Shown here in pieces: positions 61,084-64,000 of a stretch of 64,000 nt of DNA (within the stretch, counting starts at the first letter, position 1; each line of letters begins with the position of its first letter). The DNA comes from Candidatus Omnitrophota bacterium. Lineage in GTDB: Bacteria > Omnitrophota > Gorgyraeia > Gygaellales > Profunditerraquicolaceae. Made by a program: the position numbers and the translations under genes. The stretch lies in assembly GCA_963805065.1 (NCBI GenBank), contig CAWDSS010000010.1, positions 920,359 to 984,358 of the forward strand, given 5' to 3'. Under the pieces are notes generated by a model that ran no database searches, was not told where the DNA came from, and saw nothing but the letters and a program-made list of their open reading frames with translations.

Positions 61084-61692
61084 ATGCCTGCATTACCTAC
61101 CTTAACAAGATATGTTGAACTGGAGGACTTTATGAATGATATACAAAAAGAGATGAGTCAAGCTTATGCTGAACAGATGAATGTAGCAAATGCTGATTTA
61201 GATGCAATGATTACCTGTAGGTATGAAAGGAAGGACTTCTTTGAGCTACTGAAAGAGCTGAAGCATTTCCTGAAGTATCTGCACAAATACGGTATATTCG
61301 TGTATAAGCAACTGTTTTGCTGGGTTTACTTTGAGCAAGACTGGGAATGGGATTCTGTTGAACATATAAAATACAGATACGGATTTCATATACACCTCAT
61401 AGTTCAAGGTATCCCTTCTTCACTTGCTAAGCTATTTGAAAAAGCCTGTGCAAACAGGTTCGGGTTCTCTAAGGTTAAGCCTTATGACCATAGCCTAGAT
61501 TACGCTTTGAGCAACTATATTGCTGATAAATGCGTAAAGATAGGCACTGAAACCTGGTTTCGTTTCAGAGTAAACAACAGCTTACGCAAACTACCGAAAT
61601 ACTATTACGAGCACAAATTAATCAGGGATAAGAAAACAGGCAAGTTCAAGCCTGTAAAAAATTATGCAAAGCCACTCCTAACCCACCTTTAA
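61084..61692 (+). CDS. HUH-type rolling-circle Rep-like protein (candidate)
   Basis: YGFHIHLIVQG matches HUHUUU. LSNYIADKCVK is a possible catalytic Tyr motif. 202 aa, with no clear motif I. Confidence 0.45.
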   Translation: MPALPTLTRYVELEDFMNDIQKEMSQAYAEQMNVANADLDAMITCRYERKDFFELLKELKHFLKYLHKYGIFVYKQLFCWVYFEQDWEWDSVEHIKYRYGFHIHLIVQGIPSSLAKLFEKACANRFGFSKVKPYDHSLDYALSNYIADKCVKIGTETWFRFRVNNSLRKLPKYYYEHKLIRDKKTGKFKPVKNYAKPLLTHL

Positions 61693-62285
61693 ACTTGGTT
61701 AGCAGTGGTCTAGGAAGTGAACACAGGCTGAACCAATCTCTACCAAGTTAAGACTGGAAACTGGCGGGAGATGGCCTATTTTGACCAAAAACCAGGCACT
61801 TTTACTTTAACTGTAGTAAAACTACGAAGACTTAATAAGACAGACTTGGGTCTAGCTGATTTAACCTAAAGGATATTAAGAAGTTAGCTAAAAAACCTTC
61901 GTAGTTAATTGACAGTAATTCTATGACAGATTTTTTTCTAAGGAAATTAAACAGTTGAATTTAGTAAAATTGAGCACTAATCAAGCAAGTGTATGATGAC
62001 CTTTTCTGTCGGTATAATTCAAGGTCAATAACTCCTAAATTAGAACTATAGGCAAAGGTTCACTGCTACCACCAGTATAGTTTTACCGTTACGGAAGGTT
62101 ATATTATTAGCACGTTGTGAACGCAATGTGATTGAGTATAAGCTGGTAGCTACCCTGCCGTAACTTGTGTTTTAAATTGACTAAAGAAAAGAAAGCAGGG
62201 GTAATAGGGTTCTCTATAAGATACAGATACAAATTTATTATCATTTCAGAAAAGTTCGAGTCCTTGCGGGGGAGTAAATTTCCTG

Positions 62286-62325
62286 AACTCCTTGCAGCAA
62301 AATATGTTGCGAGGAGTTTTTGTTT
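62286..62325 (+). terminator. Rho-independent terminator closing a ~600-nt ORF-poor region
   Basis: AACTCCTTGC...GCGAGGAGTT followed by TTTT. Confidence 0.6.
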
Positions 62326-62353
62326 GTAGTATAATAATAAAAAAGGAGGCAAG

Positions 62354-63070
62354 ATGAAACTATTATTTATGATTGGTCTGGTAATAGGTATTTTTAATCT
62401 CTATTACAGCCTGTATTGTTTTGTGCGTTACATGAGAACAAAGGAGAATATTTATAAACGAACTGGTGCGCTGTGTCTTTTAATATCTATACCGATTCTA
62501 CTTTTGGTATTTAAAGATTTATTACCGATTCCTTCATATATTATATGGTTTGTTATTGTTATCAGTGCCTTCGCTGCTATTTCAATATATAATAAAAAAA
62601 TACGTCTTCAACCAAGCTATGAAGTCTCTATCAAAGGGAAAAATTATTTAATATTAAATATTATAATTATTTTAACCTTACTCTTCTTGTCTATTTTTGT
62701 CTTTGCGGGCATTACAATGAAATCTCAGTATGATTTATTAATTAATAAGGGTAGAGTAATTTCGGCTGTTGTTGTGGATAATGCTAAACTCGGTTCGTAC
62801 AATATTATTTACTATCAGTTTAATGATAATGGCGTTTTAGTCAGAGATAATAAATCATTTGAATCATCACGCAGAACAATCATTCAGGGTAAAAATGTGA
62901 AAGAGTTTAAGAAAGGCGATAGGATTGAAGTATTGTTTTATAATGGCAAAAGCATGATAAAAGGCTGGTATGAACAGCATTCTAAGTCCGTAATTTTCGT
63001 TATAGTAGGTTTATTGATACTTTTAGTTTGGGCTATTCGTAGACGTTTTGTGTTGGTAGAGAAAACCTGA
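62354..63070 (+). CDS. Membrane protein, possibly DUF3592-like
   Basis: 4 TM helices plus a beta-rich loop (GRVISAVVVD...YNIIYYQFNDNG). AAGGAGG SD. Confidence 0.5.
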   Translation: MKLLFMIGLVIGIFNLYYSLYCFVRYMRTKENIYKRTGALCLLISIPILLLVFKDLLPIPSYIIWFVIVISAFAAISIYNKKIRLQPSYEVSIKGKNYLILNIIIILTLLFLSIFVFAGITMKSQYDLLINKGRVISAVVVDNAKLGSYNIIYYQFNDNGVLVRDNKSFESSRRTIIQGKNVKEFKKGDRIEVLFYNGKSMIKGWYEQHSKSVIFVIVGLLILLVWAIRRRFVLVEKT

Positions 63071-63195
63071 TTCTTTAGTCGTATGCTCTTTATGTAATAT
63101 ATTTTATCTCAGTGCTTATCTAAGTTATTCCAAAGTAAAGGAGCAGTTTAAGTGATTTTTGGTGGTGAAAGATTTCCGAAGCAAAAGGAGGAAGG

Positions 63196-64000
63196 ATGCA
63201 TAAGACAAAGATAAATTTTTTGATAATAGCATTTTCGGGTTTTTTTCTAATACCAGTGTTTGCTGAAAATCAAAATACCCCTGGTTCTCAAGGGGTGTCA
63301 GTTGAATTTAGGTTTGTGTGCGAAAGTTCAGAGCCCAGTTGTAGTAAAATGATAAGTGAGGATACTAAAGAAGAGATGTTTTTAGAAAGTCAACCTCAAT
63401 TTACTATAAGCGATTTAGGCTTAGCGAGAATGGTTTCTACTAACCTTACAGAATTTAATAAAACACAAGATAAAAGAAACTCGCTCATTTTAAAAGGAAA
63501 AGAAGAAAACCCTGAGCCACTCGTAGGAATTACTCTCTACTTTACCGAAGAAGCAAAAGAGAAACTTGCTAAGTTGACTTCTGAAAATATGCATAGAAAG
63601 CTTGGAATTGTTATTGATGGAAAATTAATAATGGCTCCAAGAATAATGGAGCCAATAACAGAGGGTGAAATAGAGGTCCAGGGTAAAGGTATAACCAAAA
63701 AATATGCAGAAGATTTGGTGTCTCGTATAAATGCAATAACTAAAATGGATGAGAAGGGAGTTGAAGATATCTTTATGGCAGGATTGCTTTATTTGAAGAA
63801 AGGTATGTATGATGGGGCGGTAGTCCAATTTAATAGAGTGATACACGTTAATCCTAATCGTGCAGAAGCCTATGGCAACCGAGCAATAGCATATTATTAC
63901 AAAAAAGAATATACTCAATCGTGGGATGATGTGCATAAAGCAGAAGAGTTAGGTCTTACTATCCCCCCAGATTTCATTAAGGAACTAAAGAAAGCTTCTG
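63196..64000 (+). CDS. Secreted protein with a SecD-P1-head-like segment and C-terminal TPR (3' end outside the window)
   Basis: Not in the ORF track because it has no stop in the window. The frame is open from ATG 63196 (SD GGAGGAAGG). Signal peptide present. LGIVIDGKLIMAPRIMEPITEGEIEVQG resembles SecD. The TPR tail is shared with 56634 and 58372. Confidence 0.6.
   Translation, partial: MHKTKINFLIIAFSGFFLIPVFAENQNTPGSQGVSVEFRFVCESSEPSCSKMISEDTKEEMFLESQPQFTISDLGLARMVSTNLTEFNKTQDKRNSLILKGKEENPEPLVGITLYFTEEAKEKLAKLTSENMHRKLGIVIDGKLIMAPRIMEPITEGEIEVQGKGITKKYAEDLVSRINAITKMDEKGVEDIFMAGLLYLKKGMYDGAVVQFNRVIHVNPNRAEAYGNRAIAYYYKKEYTQSWDDVHKAEELGLTIPPDFIKELKKAS

Noticed and set aside
62240-62275. A tRNA or tmRNA-like T-arm (AAGTTCGAGTCCTTG).
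   Set aside because: The flanking bases cannot form a 5-bp T stem, and no acceptor, D or anticodon arm can be drawn. It also does not match the tRNA-Thr 3' end, so it is not an att duplicate.
63625-63936. A 103-aa minus-strand ORF.
   Set aside because: It is antisense to a much better + strand reading frame (63196 to the window end) that has an SD, a signal peptide and recognisable SecD-like and TPR segments.
1-64000. A whole-window search for integrase, transposase, cas, reverse transcriptase or rRNA genes.
   Set aside because: None of the ORF translations shows the corresponding hallmark motifs. The island-like features therefore rest on repeats, composition and gene content only.

Overview
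AT-rich bacterial chromosomal segment, almost entirely transcribed on the + strand. It looks like an anaerobic diderm: TonB-dependent receptor, OMP beta-barrels and many lipoproteins. Main blocks in order. (1) 1-10.1 kb: trxB (5'-partial), a 933-aa secreted protein on the minus strand, then an Rrf2-led sulfur operon (cysK, Nfu, DUF39/COG1900 plus NIL-ferredoxin homocysteine pair, LarE-like PP-loop protein, cysteine desulfurase) and birA. (2) 10.1-13.6 kb: a TonB-dependent receptor bracketed by two copies of a ~186-nt structured palindromic element, a GC-rich nested-stem domain, and a csp gene. (3) 13.8-19.6 kb: housekeeping genes (mnmA, nadA, an RluA-family synthase, a CPBP protease, a PfkB kinase, YqeY). 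(4) 19.7-31.7 kb: a 17-gene cluster joining sulfhydrogenase beta/gamma-like subunits and a HycB/CooF-like ferredoxin to a genuine group-4 [NiFe]-hydrogenase core and a complete Mrp antiporter module. (5) 31.7-36.1 kb: envelope proteins, a cNMP-binding/ParA-like/patatin fusion, a MazG-like protein, a hydrogenase maturation protease and tRNA-Phe. (6) 36.1-54.7 kb: an accessory-looking stretch bounded by a 79-bp perfect direct repeat. It holds an MvaI/BcnI-type R-M pair, two low-GC membrane proteins of unknown function, conserved intergenic box-plus-inverted-repeat modules, tandem PAS paralogs, a nucleotidyltransferase locus, several frameshifted genes and cell-wall remodelling enzymes. (7) 54.7-64 kb: a frameshifted DsbD-like gene, a toxin-like lipoprotein with a CPCC zinc-ribbon partner, TPR proteins, a second csp (minus strand), tRNA-Thr followed by a HUH Rep-like ORF, and a 3'-partial SecD-like/TPR protein. 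I found no rRNA, CRISPR array, transposase or integrase. The best novelty candidates are the composite hydrogenase operon, the covarying structured repeat family, and the repeat-bounded island with its recurring regulatory modules and the unknown membrane-protein pair next to the R-M system. All functional calls rest on motif recognition by eye; no database search was run.
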